Below, piece by piece: positions 17,225-26,536 of a stretch of 64,000 nt of DNA. The notes beneath the pieces were generated by a model, which was not told the origin of the DNA, ran no database searches, and worked only from the letters and a program-made list of their open reading frames with translations. Both the position numbers and the translations under genes were made by a program. The DNA lies in the IMG/VR virus record IMGVR_UViG_3300030620_000004, positions 1 to 64,000 of that record. One strand, given 5' to 3'. The stretch is from a virus. Its lineage: Duplodnaviria > Caudoviricetes. The stretch's first letter is position 1. Every line of letters starts with the position of its first letter.

Positions 17225-17955
17225 GGTCCGAGCTCCAGAATGAGGAAGCCCTTCTCGTGCTCTTCCTCCGAATGCGTCAGCCGTAGCAAACTGCCCGGAA
17301 TGCGAATGCCTCGAAACACTTGCTGCTCGTGGTAGTGCCCGTTCAACAAGATCGCACGCGGGAACAATTGCAGTACGCGCTCGAGCGGGAACATGACGTC
17401 GCGACCTCGCGCCATATCACTCGTCTCGCTACCCGCGGCAATCCCTTCGATGTTCAGATGTCCTGCGATGACCACAGGCACTTCAGTCGCGGCGTACTGC
17501 TCGGCGTACCGCTCGACCTGCTCGACCGGATCGTACGCTCGCGTGGGCGCGGTGAACGGCAGAGTCAAGAGCAGCCAATCCTCAAACGGTAAGGCCCTCG
17601 GCTCGTCTGCGACTCGCGTGAAGCCGCCTGCCGGCAACCAGGAAGTGTCTAGCGCCTTGAGCGCGAGCAACGTGTGCGACCCGCTCGCGTCCTCGACCAC
17701 GTCGTGGTTACCCGTCAACCAAGTGTTCATGACCTCTCGACAATTCAGTTCGGCAGCTACTCGGACCGACAGCTCAACGGCACGATGCACGCCGCTCGAA
17801 TAGGGATTGCTCAAGTCCCCAAGGAAAAGAAAGTGGTCGCCAGGCTCCACGCGCTCGACGACGAGTGCCACCGCCTCGCACACGTCCCGGTGTCGCGGAT
17901 ACCCGTCGGTCACCCAGTCCGAGTGCCAGTCACTCGTCACGATTAGCCGAGGCAT
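17221..17955 (-). CDS. SbcD/Mre11 (gp47-like) metallophosphoesterase nuclease
   Basis: SDWH, LGDL, GNHD, GH, NGHYH motifs. Confidence 0.9.
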   Translation of the reverse strand: MPRLIVTSDWHSDWVTDGYPRHRDVCEAVALVVERVEPGDHFLFLGDLSNPYSSGVHRAVELSVRVAAELNCREVMNTWLTGNHDVVEDASGSHTLLALKALDTSWLPAGGFTRVADEPRALPFEDWLLLTLPFTAPTRAYDPVEQVERYAEQYAATEVPVVIAGHLNIEGIAAGSETSDMARGRDVMFPLERVLQLFPRAILLNGHYHEQQVFRGIRIPGSLLRLTHSEEEHEKGFLILELGP

Positions 17956-19090
17956 CGGTCTCCCACTTCGAGCTCGCGACCTTGCGCGACTCTAGTTCAA
18001 CGGCTGCAAGAAACCCAGGGTCAGCACGCAGCGCCTTCAACGCAGCAGCTTCACCCTTGCCGAACATCTTCCCGTCGAAACGATAAGAACCACCCCCCGC
18101 CTTGACCACGTCCTGGTCGATAGCGAGCTCGAGCGCATCGCGCGCTCGGTCGAACCCGACCGGCGAAGCTGCGCCGTTCGATGTGTGGAAGTACCCGAAC
18201 GGGTACTTGTACTCCTTGCGTCCGATCTTGGTCTTCTGCACTTCGATGCGATGACGTTCACCTAGCATCAGACGCTTGTCGACCTCATCGCTGATGAACG
18301 AGCGCGTCACTCGCAAGTCGAGCGAGCTGTCGTAGTAGAGCCCGCTTCCTCCGCCGACGAGCACCTTGCCCTCTTCACCTTCCGTCTCGCGTGCGATGAC
18401 AATCATCGCAGTCTTGGTCCGGTTGAGCAGTGGCGTGAGCTCATCGCACCACGCGGTGTTCAACATCGCCTTGTATTGGGCAGCTCGGCCGCCACGCCCG
18501 TCGACGCCCTTGCTCTTCACCTTGCGCCCGCGCACGAGCTTCTCACCTTCGATGCCTTCCTTGAGCATCAACTTGAGCAGGTCTTTGGGCACGAGCTTTC
18601 GAATCGAATCGATCACGATGAGGCCGCTCGTCTCGGGTGGAAGGTCTCCACGCTCCCGCGCGCTGGCGATGCCCTCGCAGTAGGAGCGCGTCGATTCCAC
18701 TGTCGACTCGAACGTCTCGACGGGCAGCGCGGTGAACGCAGGGTGGTAGAGGTAGTCGCCCATCAATTCTGTCAACCACTCGGGCGGCGTCGTGTGTTCG
18801 GCGTCGGCCAACGCAGCGAAGTGGCCACACCGCAGGAACGACAGCAGCATGCCGATCGTGAAGGTCGTTTTACCCTCGTTCGAGGGACCGTGCAGCCGAC
18901 AGAAGCGAGAGATGGGATGCCCCATCACTCGGGTCGCGATGTCGTACTGAGGAAAGATCGTGGGCACTGCCTGCACCTTGGTCAACACCTCAGTCGCTTG
19001 GCGGAACCCCTTGAACGTGGCCGCGACGCGCTCCATTGATTGGAGCGCGTCGCGATTTTGAGCAAACCTGTTTCGCGTCGTGCGTGTCAT
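17930..19090 (-). CDS. RecA/UvsX-like recombinase
   Basis: GPSNEGKTT, DAEH, IVIDSI, GGGSGLYYDSSLDLRV, VQKTK. Confidence 0.9.
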   Translation of the reverse strand: MTRTTRNRFAQNRDALQSMERVAATFKGFRQATEVLTKVQAVPTIFPQYDIATRVMGHPISRFCRLHGPSNEGKTTFTIGMLLSFLRCGHFAALADAEHTTPPEWLTELMGDYLYHPAFTALPVETFESTVESTRSYCEGIASARERGDLPPETSGLIVIDSIRKLVPKDLLKLMLKEGIEGEKLVRGRKVKSKGVDGRGGRAAQYKAMLNTAWCDELTPLLNRTKTAMIVIARETEGEEGKVLVGGGSGLYYDSSLDLRVTRSFISDEVDKRLMLGERHRIEVQKTKIGRKEYKYPFGYFHTSNGAASPVGFDRARDALELAIDQDVVKAGGGSYRFDGKMFGKGEAAALKALRADPGFLAAVELESRKVASSKWETDASANRDE

Positions 19091-20520
19091 CCTTTGGATG
19101 ATGCCGCAGCACGCGCTCTGCTCCGCCTCGAAGGCTCAGCATCTGCATGCTTACGCTCAGGCTCAGGCTCCGAGGGCGAAGTCGCCGCAGAACGCGAGCG
19201 CGACCGCTTTGCTTCGAGCGCTGGAAGCGTGAACTCCCAGTTGGCAGTGTGAACCGCCCCGCACTTGCCGCACTTCTCGCCGCCATCTGCCTGAACTGCG
19301 ACTCGAGCCCTGCAGTTACCGCACCCGCGGGCTGCCAGGTACACATCGCCCTTGTCGCTCGTCGCGTACTCTGCGCCGCACTCCTTGCAGCTCATGTCGG
19401 TCTCGGCCATCGTCGCATCGCACACGTCGCACCCAATCATCTCGGCCTCGTCGCCGCCATCGTCACTAGCAACCTCGGCGACCATCGACGGCTTCGCACT
19501 TTCAGGCACGCTTCCCCGCCCCGGCTCCTCACCTTCCTCGCCGTCTTCGCCGTCTTCATAGTGGCGCCCAAGCGCATCGAATGCCCGTTCGAAGAATTGG
19601 TCGAAGGGCATCTGTACCAACGCCGCAGCTTTCATCGAGTCGTACAGCGTGCCGAGCTTCGGGTCCGCAATCAACGCGGCGACGTCCGGCGGCTCCTTGT
19701 CGAGCAACACCCGGACCTTCTCGGTCACCTGGTCGCGTGTCAAAGCGACGACATCATACTTATCATCGAACTGCTTGTTGTCGTCGTAGTTCCACTCGAA
19801 CGGGTAGGGGTTGAACGCCGGGTGCCCCAACTGCACATCGCCCTTGCACCGCTTGATCTCGTCCTTGATGCACTTGCGCATTTTCTCGCCGAGTGTCGGC
19901 CCTTCGATCGCAATCATCCAGCCAGCGCCGAGGTCGCTCGCAGGCAAAAACGCGAACACGTACTGCTGACGCGCAGCCCCATTTTGCTTGTACGCTTCGC
20001 TCACCTTCACACCCGTCCTGCGCACCTGCTCGACTTCTTGCTCGCTCAAGTCACGGCGCTGGAACAACCCAGTAAAGCCGCCAGCATACAGCTTGACCTT
20101 CTCGCCACCAATCGGCGTGTCGCCAGGCGTCTTGAACTCGAAGATCGGAGTGCTCCATTCGAGTTTACCCGCGTTAACCTGCTCCCGCACCCACTCCAAG
20201 CAGAGACAGTGCGGACACATCACCGGTGGCACCTTCCGCACATCGTCGGAATCCCGCCACCGCTGTTTCTTCAAAAGCTCCTCGTTCTCCAGGCAGTTGA
20301 CGCGCTTGCCCTTGATGACGAGCGTCTCTTTCTTGTCCTTGTCCCGCATCTTCGCGATGCGGTACCAGTTGTGACTCCAGACGCTGATGTTGGGAGCCTT
20401 CGGGTGCATCCAGCCGACGATGCGCCCGTCTTCCTTCCAATTCTTGAGAAACCCCGACCCCGCCGACGTTGGCGAATGATCGAGAAACTCGGTACCGAAA
20501 TCCAAAACTACTGCTGCCAT
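19087..20520 (-). CDS. Putative ssDNA-binding/recombination protein with C-terminal zinc ribbons
   Basis: Position between RecA and PolB; acidic linker; four C-terminal CxxC motifs. Confidence 0.45.
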   Translation of the reverse strand: MAAVVLDFGTEFLDHSPTSAGSGFLKNWKEDGRIVGWMHPKAPNISVWSHNWYRIAKMRDKDKKETLVIKGKRVNCLENEELLKKQRWRDSDDVRKVPPVMCPHCLCLEWVREQVNAGKLEWSTPIFEFKTPGDTPIGGEKVKLYAGGFTGLFQRRDLSEQEVEQVRRTGVKVSEAYKQNGAARQQYVFAFLPASDLGAGWMIAIEGPTLGEKMRKCIKDEIKRCKGDVQLGHPAFNPYPFEWNYDDNKQFDDKYDVVALTRDQVTEKVRVLLDKEPPDVAALIADPKLGTLYDSMKAAALVQMPFDQFFERAFDALGRHYEDGEDGEEGEEPGRGSVPESAKPSMVAEVASDDGGDEAEMIGCDVCDATMAETDMSCKECGAEYATSDKGDVYLAARGCGNCRARVAVQADGGEKCGKCGAVHTANWEFTLPALEAKRSRSRSAATSPSEPEPERKHADAEPSRRSRARAAASSKG

Positions 20521-20564
20521 GTTGCCTTGTTTCCTTGCCGTTTTAGGTGTCCGTGTTTCTCATT

Positions 20565-20592
20565 GCGAATGGAATCCCGGGATTCCATTCGC
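20565..20592. repeat. 28-bp perfect palindrome GCGAATGGAATCCCGGGATTCCATTCGC
   Basis: Read directly; intergenic. Confidence 0.95.
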
Positions 20593-20600
20593 CGAGCTTT

Positions 20601-21338
20601 TTAGCTGACGCCCCGGGCGTTCGACGCCATGTCGCGAAGGTCACGTGCGCGCTCGCTTGCGCGCTTCGCCAACCCTTCGATGAAGGCGACCGTCTGCTTC
20701 GCCTCGGTGACCCGCCGCGTGATATCCGCCCACTCGTCGTGGTACGTCGAAACCTTGTACGCCTCGACGTCCGCGATCGTCGGTTTGGTCGTGACCTCGT
20801 CATCCGCGGGGTCTTTCCACTTCGCGTTCATCTCAATCTTCGCCTGCTCGTGGAGCTCCGCCTTGATGATTTCGACATCGCCCAAGTAGTTCGCCAGCGT
20901 CGCGTTCGCATTCGCGACGAGCTGAAGCGCACGCACCGCAGTCTCCTGCGCCTGATTCAGCTCGTCGACGAGCTCACCGTAGCTCATCTGACTTGGGTTG
21001 CCCTCAAACCGCAAGAACGCCCGAACCTCCTCGAACACCTTGTCCCGGTTGATCGTGAACACCGAGTCGATGATGCGTTCGTAGCCCGTCATCTCGATCT
21101 TGGAGACTCTCGTCAACCCCTGGCCCCTCGGGACCCGCTGGTAGCCAGGCGCTCCCAAGTCTGGCCCCGTGTCACCCATGCCCACGCTCGATGCTGCAAG
21201 CGTCTCCGCTGTAGGCTGAGCTTCGACACGAGCCGACCTCGACACGCCGGCGGTTTGCTCAGCTCGACTCTTCCGGTCTGTACTGCGAGTTCTCATTCGG
21301 GGGGTTTCCTTCTGCTCCAATGATGCCGCGAAAGCCAA
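20601..21338 (-). CDS. Helical protein, possible UvsY-like recombination mediator
   Basis: Coiled-coil C-terminus (KPTIADVEAY...FIEGLAKRASER..DLR) and genomic context. Confidence 0.4.
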   Translation of the reverse strand: MAFAASLEQKETPRMRTRSTDRKSRAEQTAGVSRSARVEAQPTAETLAASSVGMGDTGPDLGAPGYQRVPRGQGLTRVSKIEMTGYERIIDSVFTINRDKVFEEVRAFLRFEGNPSQMSYGELVDELNQAQETAVRALQLVANANATLANYLGDVEIIKAELHEQAKIEMNAKWKDPADDEVTTKPTIADVEAYKVSTYHDEWADITRRVTEAKQTVAFIEGLAKRASERARDLRDMASNARGVS

Positions 21339-21341
21339 GCC

Positions 21342-23783
21342 TCAGAAGAGCAGCGCCTGACCTAGAATGTCAGTCCTGTGACGGCCGTCCCGAAACGGCC
21401 GTACGCGCAAGTAGTCGCGCCACTTGTGCCCGGGAAACGCAGCGTCGAGCACTCGCTGTGACGGCGGGTACACGAGATTTTCCCAAAGGTAGAAACGGTC
21501 GACGTCGCCGTCGTAGTCGTCGGCAGGGATGGCCTTGAGCGGCGACTTGCCATCGACCACGACGTACTCGATCCGAACCCCTTCCCCCACGTCGAGCCCA
21601 CGCTCGGCAAGCTGCACTGCAACCTCCACGTGCACCGGCAACGCGCTCATCCCACCGTCCTTTTTCTCCTTGCGACGGTACTGCCCGACTGGCTTGGTCA
21701 ACTGCTTGCTCATGCGTACGTCGTCGAGCACCAACGGGCCCTTCAAAATCCGATCACGCCACACCCCAATCTCCGCACGGTAGACCTCGACGTCCTCGAC
21801 CTCTTCGAACAGCAACATCTCAACGAGCCGGTACTGCATCTCGCGAGCGAATCGAAGTGTGTCGCCACGCTTGTACTCGAGCCCCTTGATCTCAGGCTTA
21901 CTCTCAGCCGTCGCCGCCTTACCTTTGTAGTGCGCGTACTTGCCGGCGTAGCGTTTCTTGCCGATGAGCACGAGACGACTGAACTCCTTCTCGTAAGCGA
22001 GCTTCACCGTGTTCGTGATGCAACCCTGTTTCGCGAGCAGCTTCGGGTACAAATCCACATTGCACCACTTGACGAACTCGGAGAACTGCTCACGGCTTAC
22101 CCCGGCAACGAACAGCGAATCGGTGTCCGCGTACAGCGACTCAAACCCGCGCGCAATCGCCGCCTCGTGGGTCTGAAGGATGAGCCACTTGCCCGCCTGC
22201 GCAATCGACTCGGCCACGTCGCGCTCATGGAAGCGCGAGAAGATCGACCCCTGCACCCCGTAGAAGCTGTTGGCCGCAATCTTGTAGGCGCCCGCACGAC
22301 GGTCGAACTCCTTCCACGCCTTGGTGCCCGGCGCCTCTTGGTCCTTGCGCCGAGTCCACACGCTCCGCAAATCGTTCAGCCGCTCGAGTGCAATCGGCAA
22401 GATCCCTTTCTTGTCCGTGCGAAACACCTTGTCGGTGAACGGCACCACGCAGTGGTCCGAAGGAAGCGGTAACTCTTTCGGCGGAACATGGCTGAGGTAC
22501 GACGGACGCTGCGAGACGTCCTCTTTCAGCACCACGTCGGTCAACGTCTCTGGACTCATGTTCCAGCTGATGATGGTGGACGGGTACAGACTCGCGAAGT
22601 CGCAGACGTGCACCCCTTTCAGGAGCCCCTTGCGAGTCGGCGTCATCACGTAGGCACCCTCGAACTTGTCGTCACCCACGAGCTCGTACTTCGTCTGAAA
22701 GTGCTGGTCGTACTCCAGCCCGAGCTTCAGCATGTACCCCTCGACGAAGTTCGTCGGGTTCGTACCCCTGCTGTCAGGCAAGGTCGAGCACGCCTCGCAC
22801 ACCGTGTAGTGCAGCTCGAGATAACCCGTCTCCGCTTCGATGTCACGCATCAACACGACGTCCTCGATGTTGTAGTCAATCAGCAAGCCAGGGTCGTCGC
22901 ACCACGCCTGGTACGTCCGGCGAGCATCGAACCCTTCGCGCTTGCCACGCTTCAACACCGCTTGCGCCACGCGGTCGAGCGCCATCGACTCCTTTTCGTC
23001 ACCACTCTCCGAAACGTTCATGTTGTAGCGCTTGTAAACCTGCAGGTGGTCAAGCCACAACCAACGCCTCGCTTCGACCTCAACCCCCACTGCCTTGGTG
23101 CGCTTGATCAACACCGGGTAGTCGTACCGATCCAAGTTCCACGCGCACACCTGATCGTACGCGAGCAGCTCATCCCACAAATCCCCGATCAAGAGCGCCT
23201 CAGCGGCGTCCGTCTCGGCTTCGAGTAGCCCGTACACCTTGCGGCCTCGCTCGTCGCACAACGCCCACGAGAGTACTCGAGCGCACCCATCGGCCTGAGC
23301 AACGAACGTCTCGCGGCTATCCACCTCCAAGTCCAGGTAGCACCGCAGCGGTCGCTGAATCTCCACATCGGTGTCCGTCAGAAACCGCCGCACCGGATGC
23401 ACGTCGGCCTCGAACACCGTCAACCCCGCCTGAGCGAATGGTCCCTCGGGCATGCACGCTTCCTTGAGCACGCTCGCATCCCGCCAGCGCACCCGCCACC
23501 AGCTCCCTTCACGCCTCATCGACTGCACGTGCCTGAGCTCGCGCAGCTTCCGTTCGTTCAGCTCATCAAGGTCAGCCTGGCGAATGAAGCACGTGTACTC
23601 GGCAGGCACGAAGCGACGGGTGACCTGGTCACCCTCGCGTTGCACGAGACACACTCGGTTCCCCGTCCAAAAGGCATTGACGATGGCGTATCGCTCGAAA
23701 GCAGCACCGGTTGGACTATCGGCAGTTGGGGCTTGCGAGGAAGTGACACCCAACCGGTGCTGCTTTCGAGCGGTATCCTGCAC
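21342..23783 (-). CDS. Family B DNA polymerase with 3'-5' exonuclease
   Basis: DLEVD, WNLDRYD, YNIEDV, DFASLYPS, KIAANSFYG, YADTDS, KKRY. Confidence 0.96.
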   Translation of the reverse strand: MQDTARKQHRLGVTSSQAPTADSPTGAAFERYAIVNAFWTGNRVCLVQREGDQVTRRFVPAEYTCFIRQADLDELNERKLRELRHVQSMRREGSWWRVRWRDASVLKEACMPEGPFAQAGLTVFEADVHPVRRFLTDTDVEIQRPLRCYLDLEVDSRETFVAQADGCARVLSWALCDERGRKVYGLLEAETDAAEALLIGDLWDELLAYDQVCAWNLDRYDYPVLIKRTKAVGVEVEARRWLWLDHLQVYKRYNMNVSESGDEKESMALDRVAQAVLKRGKREGFDARRTYQAWCDDPGLLIDYNIEDVVLMRDIEAETGYLELHYTVCEACSTLPDSRGTNPTNFVEGYMLKLGLEYDQHFQTKYELVGDDKFEGAYVMTPTRKGLLKGVHVCDFASLYPSTIISWNMSPETLTDVVLKEDVSQRPSYLSHVPPKELPLPSDHCVVPFTDKVFRTDKKGILPIALERLNDLRSVWTRRKDQEAPGTKAWKEFDRRAGAYKIAANSFYGVQGSIFSRFHERDVAESIAQAGKWLILQTHEAAIARGFESLYADTDSLFVAGVSREQFSEFVKWCNVDLYPKLLAKQGCITNTVKLAYEKEFSRLVLIGKKRYAGKYAHYKGKAATAESKPEIKGLEYKRGDTLRFAREMQYRLVEMLLFEEVEDVEVYRAEIGVWRDRILKGPLVLDDVRMSKQLTKPVGQYRRKEKKDGGMSALPVHVEVAVQLAERGLDVGEGVRIEYVVVDGKSPLKAIPADDYDGDVDRFYLWENLVYPPSQRVLDAAFPGHKWRDYLRVRPFRDGRHRTDILGQALLF

Positions 23784-23807
23784 TCTACCAGGATACCGCC
23801 CGTGCGA

Positions 23808-24998
23808 CTACTCGTCGCGTCGCGTTTCGACCGCGATGGCCAGCCCTTTCTCGGTCTCGACGAGCGCGTACAGCACGACCATGCCGTTCGCACATTGCTC
23901 GACGCCGCACGCGTCCTTGACGTGTCGAGCCCGCTCCGTCGTGCCTCGCTTGAAGAGCTCCACGACAACCCGCGGTTCGGACCGCACGATCGTGACCTTC
24001 GTGCTCTTCGCGGCCACCCCATCCTCGCGCACACCCTTGCCACCGCGCCCCTTGCCCGAATCGCCCTTGAAGCCGTCGCGTCCAGTGTCACGTACCTGGC
24101 CAGCCGCAAGCTTACCGACCTCGACCGCAAGCTTGCTTCGCGGCGTCTCCTTCGCGGCCTCGAGTAGCTTCGCACGTTGCTCCGGAGCAACCCGCACAAT
24201 CATGCCGAGCTTGGTCACGCCTATCTCGGTGACTTGCTCGCGCGTGAAGTTCGCCGCGACGTCCATGATTCGGTAGCCGTGCTTCGGGTCGACACCGAGC
24301 TCCTTCTTGCAAAACTTCGTCCACGAGTCGTAGAGCGCCTTGCCGTCGGCTGTCATCTGAGTCCACAGCTTGCCCTCATAGATCGCGAACAAAGCGCGCC
24401 CCAGATCCCAGGTACACACGATCGCCTGATGCTGCAGCTCGCGCACCCTGGCCATGCCCTTGGTCAGATCGCCCGAACTGACAATCGCTACGGGGGCCTT
24501 GGGGGCCTTGGGGGCCTTGGGGGCCTTGGGGGCCTTGGGGGCCTTGGGGGCCTTGGGGGCCTTGGGGGCGTCCTGGGGGGCCTTTTCCCCCTTCCCCTTG
24601 CCCTTGCCCTTGGGGGGCCTTGGGAGCCCCTTGGGGGCGTCCTTGAGCGGCCTGGGCAATCCCTTGGGGGCGTCCTTGCCCTTGGCCTTCGTTGAGCTTT
24701 TCTTGGTCTTTTTTGCCATGTCGGTCACCTCTGTTGATGCGACGGCTGTCGCTGGTTCTGCTGTCGCTGGTTCGTCTGCTGTCGCTGGGCCGTCGCCGCA
24801 GTACGGGCACTCCGGCAGGCTGTCATCGCTGTCACCTCCACACTGGTCGCAGTGGGCCTCGACCGCGATACCGCGCATCTGGCCCACGATTGCGTCGACC
24901 GCTGCGTTGATGTCGCTCGGGTCGACTTCGAGCCCGAAGTGCTTGACGTACCTCGCCAACACTTCGGGGTTCACTTTTTTGAGATTCGGTTTGTCCAT
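23808..24998 (-). CDS. DNA-binding protein: zinc ribbon, Lys/Ala/Pro-rich H1-like linker, helical domain
   Basis: CDQC..CPYC, PATA repeats, (KAP)8, WDLGRAL..WTKFCKKELG; possible internal start at 24719 with a GAGGT RBS. Confidence 0.7.
   Translation of the reverse strand: MDKPNLKKVNPEVLARYVKHFGLEVDPSDINAAVDAIVGQMRGIAVEAHCDQCGGDSDDSLPECPYCGDGPATADEPATAEPATAVASTEVTDMAKKTKKSSTKAKGKDAPKGLPRPLKDAPKGLPRPPKGKGKGKGEKAPQDAPKAPKAPKAPKAPKAPKAPKAPKAPVAIVSSGDLTKGMARVRELQHQAIVCTWDLGRALFAIYEGKLWTQMTADGKALYDSWTKFCKKELGVDPKHGYRIMDVAANFTREQVTEIGVTKLGMIVRVAPEQRAKLLEAAKETPRSKLAVEVGKLAAGQVRDTGRDGFKGDSGKGRGGKGVREDGVAAKSTKVTIVRSEPRVVVELFKRGTTERARHVKDACGVEQCANGMVVLYALVETEKGLAIAVETRRDE
24492..24568. repeat. 9-bp tandem repeat (GGGGGCCTT)x8 encoding KAP repeats
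   Basis: Read directly. Confidence 0.95.
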
Positions 24999-25023
24999 GT
25001 CACTTCCTTTCGCGTGTTCACCC

Positions 25024-25656
25024 TCATGCGCACAACTGGCGCATCGAGTCTTCGATCTGCCGCATCGCAGCGTGCGGACTGCCCCACCGCTCGTGCAAGC
25101 GCAGCAGCACCTCATCGAACAGCAGCTCAGCCGCCTGCGGGATATTGCCGAACGCCTCGCGCAGCGCGACCAGCGCATACAGGTCGACCCCATCGGCCAC
25201 CGTGAGCGCACGAGCGAACTTCGCCCGCGCGTCCAGCAGCTCCGACGGGTCCTGTGTACTGGAGTCCTCGAGCAGCAAGTCGAGCGCCTTGCCCGGCTCA
25301 TCGTCGATCCGCAACAGCTCGGTGAACGTCACCGGGTGCCGACTCGGAGCATGGTCGTCACGGCGCTTCGCACAGCGCTGCTCGTGGACGAACCGCGTCG
25401 CCTTGGCGCACGCCATGTAGACGACGTAGGACTTGAGCGACATCCCACCCCTCGACGTGTCGTATTCACCCACTGCGAGCCAAGCGTGCAAGAGCATCTC
25501 CTGCCTGATGTCGTCGAGCGAAACCCCCACGGGTAAGTTTCGCCGCCAGGCGCTGTAGACCTTACCCGCGAGCCGAGTCCAATCGGTCGCAGTCCGCCGT
25601 GCGAACTCGTCGAAGCTGACCTCGCCACGAGCGAGCGCGTCCAAGTGCTGCTTCAC
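25024..25656 (-). CDS. Sigma-70-like (region 2) phage sigma factor
   Basis: LDDIRQEMLLHAWLAVGEYDTSRG..LKSYV matches the region 2 pattern; GTGA-coupled start. Confidence 0.7.
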   Translation of the reverse strand: MKQHLDALARGEVSFDEFARRTATDWTRLAGKVYSAWRRNLPVGVSLDDIRQEMLLHAWLAVGEYDTSRGGMSLKSYVVYMACAKATRFVHEQRCAKRRDDHAPSRHPVTFTELLRIDDEPGKALDLLLEDSSTQDPSELLDARAKFARALTVADGVDLYALVALREAFGNIPQAAELLFDEVLLRLHERWGSPHAAMRQIEDSMRQLCA

Positions 25657-26450
25657 GATGCCGCCTGTTCTGCCGCTGGCATCACAGCGTCCTCGCGAGG
25701 CTCGCGTGCCTGAAGTCCAGTCGCTTCCGCCAACGTCGCTGGCCGGAAGTAGAGCGTGCCGTACCAGCCGCTTCGCACATCGAAGTGGCCCATGTCCTCG
25801 GCATCCTCTCCTCGCAGAAAGGTCGCGAGCTCGAAGCCCACGAGCACGACCGCAATCCGCTGGTTGCGAGTCTTCAACCACTGGAGATGCCCGACCGGCT
25901 TGCCCGGATGTCGTTCTGAGCGGGAGGCCTCGAAGTCTGCACACAACTCGGAACGTTCACCCACGAGGCCGTCCTTCGCTCCGAGCCGTTGCGCTTCAGA
26001 GCGATGCTGCTTGTATTCGGCTCGCAGCTGCTGCAAGCGGCCGAACGTCATCCCAGGCTCGCGACGCCCGCGCCACTGGCGATCTTGATAGCGCTTGGTG
26101 ACCTCCACTTCGGCTTCGGACGCCCAGAACACCTTGGACCCGTCCGTGAATGCAAGCTTGCAGGCAGGCCCCTTGCGCGTCGAGCCCGACCAAAGCAGCA
26201 GATACTCGGTCCCCTTGTAGCGAGCCTTGCCTGCGACCTCAGTCGCGTCGCCCAGGCGTTCAGCATCGGGCTTGTCGGCGGCTTCACCCGACGCCGCTGC
26301 AAAGCGCAGTGCGACCTCAGCCTTGCCCGTCCACCACGCTCGTTTGTCCTGGTCCCAGTTACACCCAGCGGACCGGAGCTGATCCTTGAGTCCGTAGGGC
26401 GTGTTGAGCAGGTAGTACCGCCTGCCTTCCTGTTTCATCTCGATTGCCAT
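25653..26450 (-). CDS. Hypothetical protein
   Basis: N-terminal TPYGLKDQLRSAGCNWDQDKRAWW motif; good RBS. Confidence 0.65.
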   Translation of the reverse strand: MAIEMKQEGRRYYLLNTPYGLKDQLRSAGCNWDQDKRAWWTGKAEVALRFAAASGEAADKPDAERLGDATEVAGKARYKGTEYLLLWSGSTRKGPACKLAFTDGSKVFWASEAEVEVTKRYQDRQWRGRREPGMTFGRLQQLRAEYKQHRSEAQRLGAKDGLVGERSELCADFEASRSERHPGKPVGHLQWLKTRNQRIAVVLVGFELATFLRGEDAEDMGHFDVRSGWYGTLYFRPATLAEATGLQAREPREDAVMPAAEQAAS

Positions 26451-26486
26451 GTGTCACTTCCTTGGTGCGTGCTTGAATGCACGGTC

Positions 26487-26526
26487 CGACGGGCGAATGG
26501 AATCCCGGGATTCCATTCGCCCGTCG
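26487..26526. repeat. 40-bp perfect palindrome CGACGGGCGAATGGAATCCCGGGATTCCATTCGCCCGTCG
   Basis: Read directly; intergenic. Confidence 0.95.
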
Positions 26527-26536
26527 ACCCCTACAC

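Noticed and set aside
21342-23783. Inteins or introns in PolB, DnaB, RecA or TerL
   Set aside because: Protein sizes are ordinary and no C/S...HN splice or LAGLIDADG motifs are seen.
26487-26526. Long palindromes as protelomerase (telRL) sites
   Set aside because: No protelomerase gene, and there are eight dispersed GC-centred copies rather than one site.
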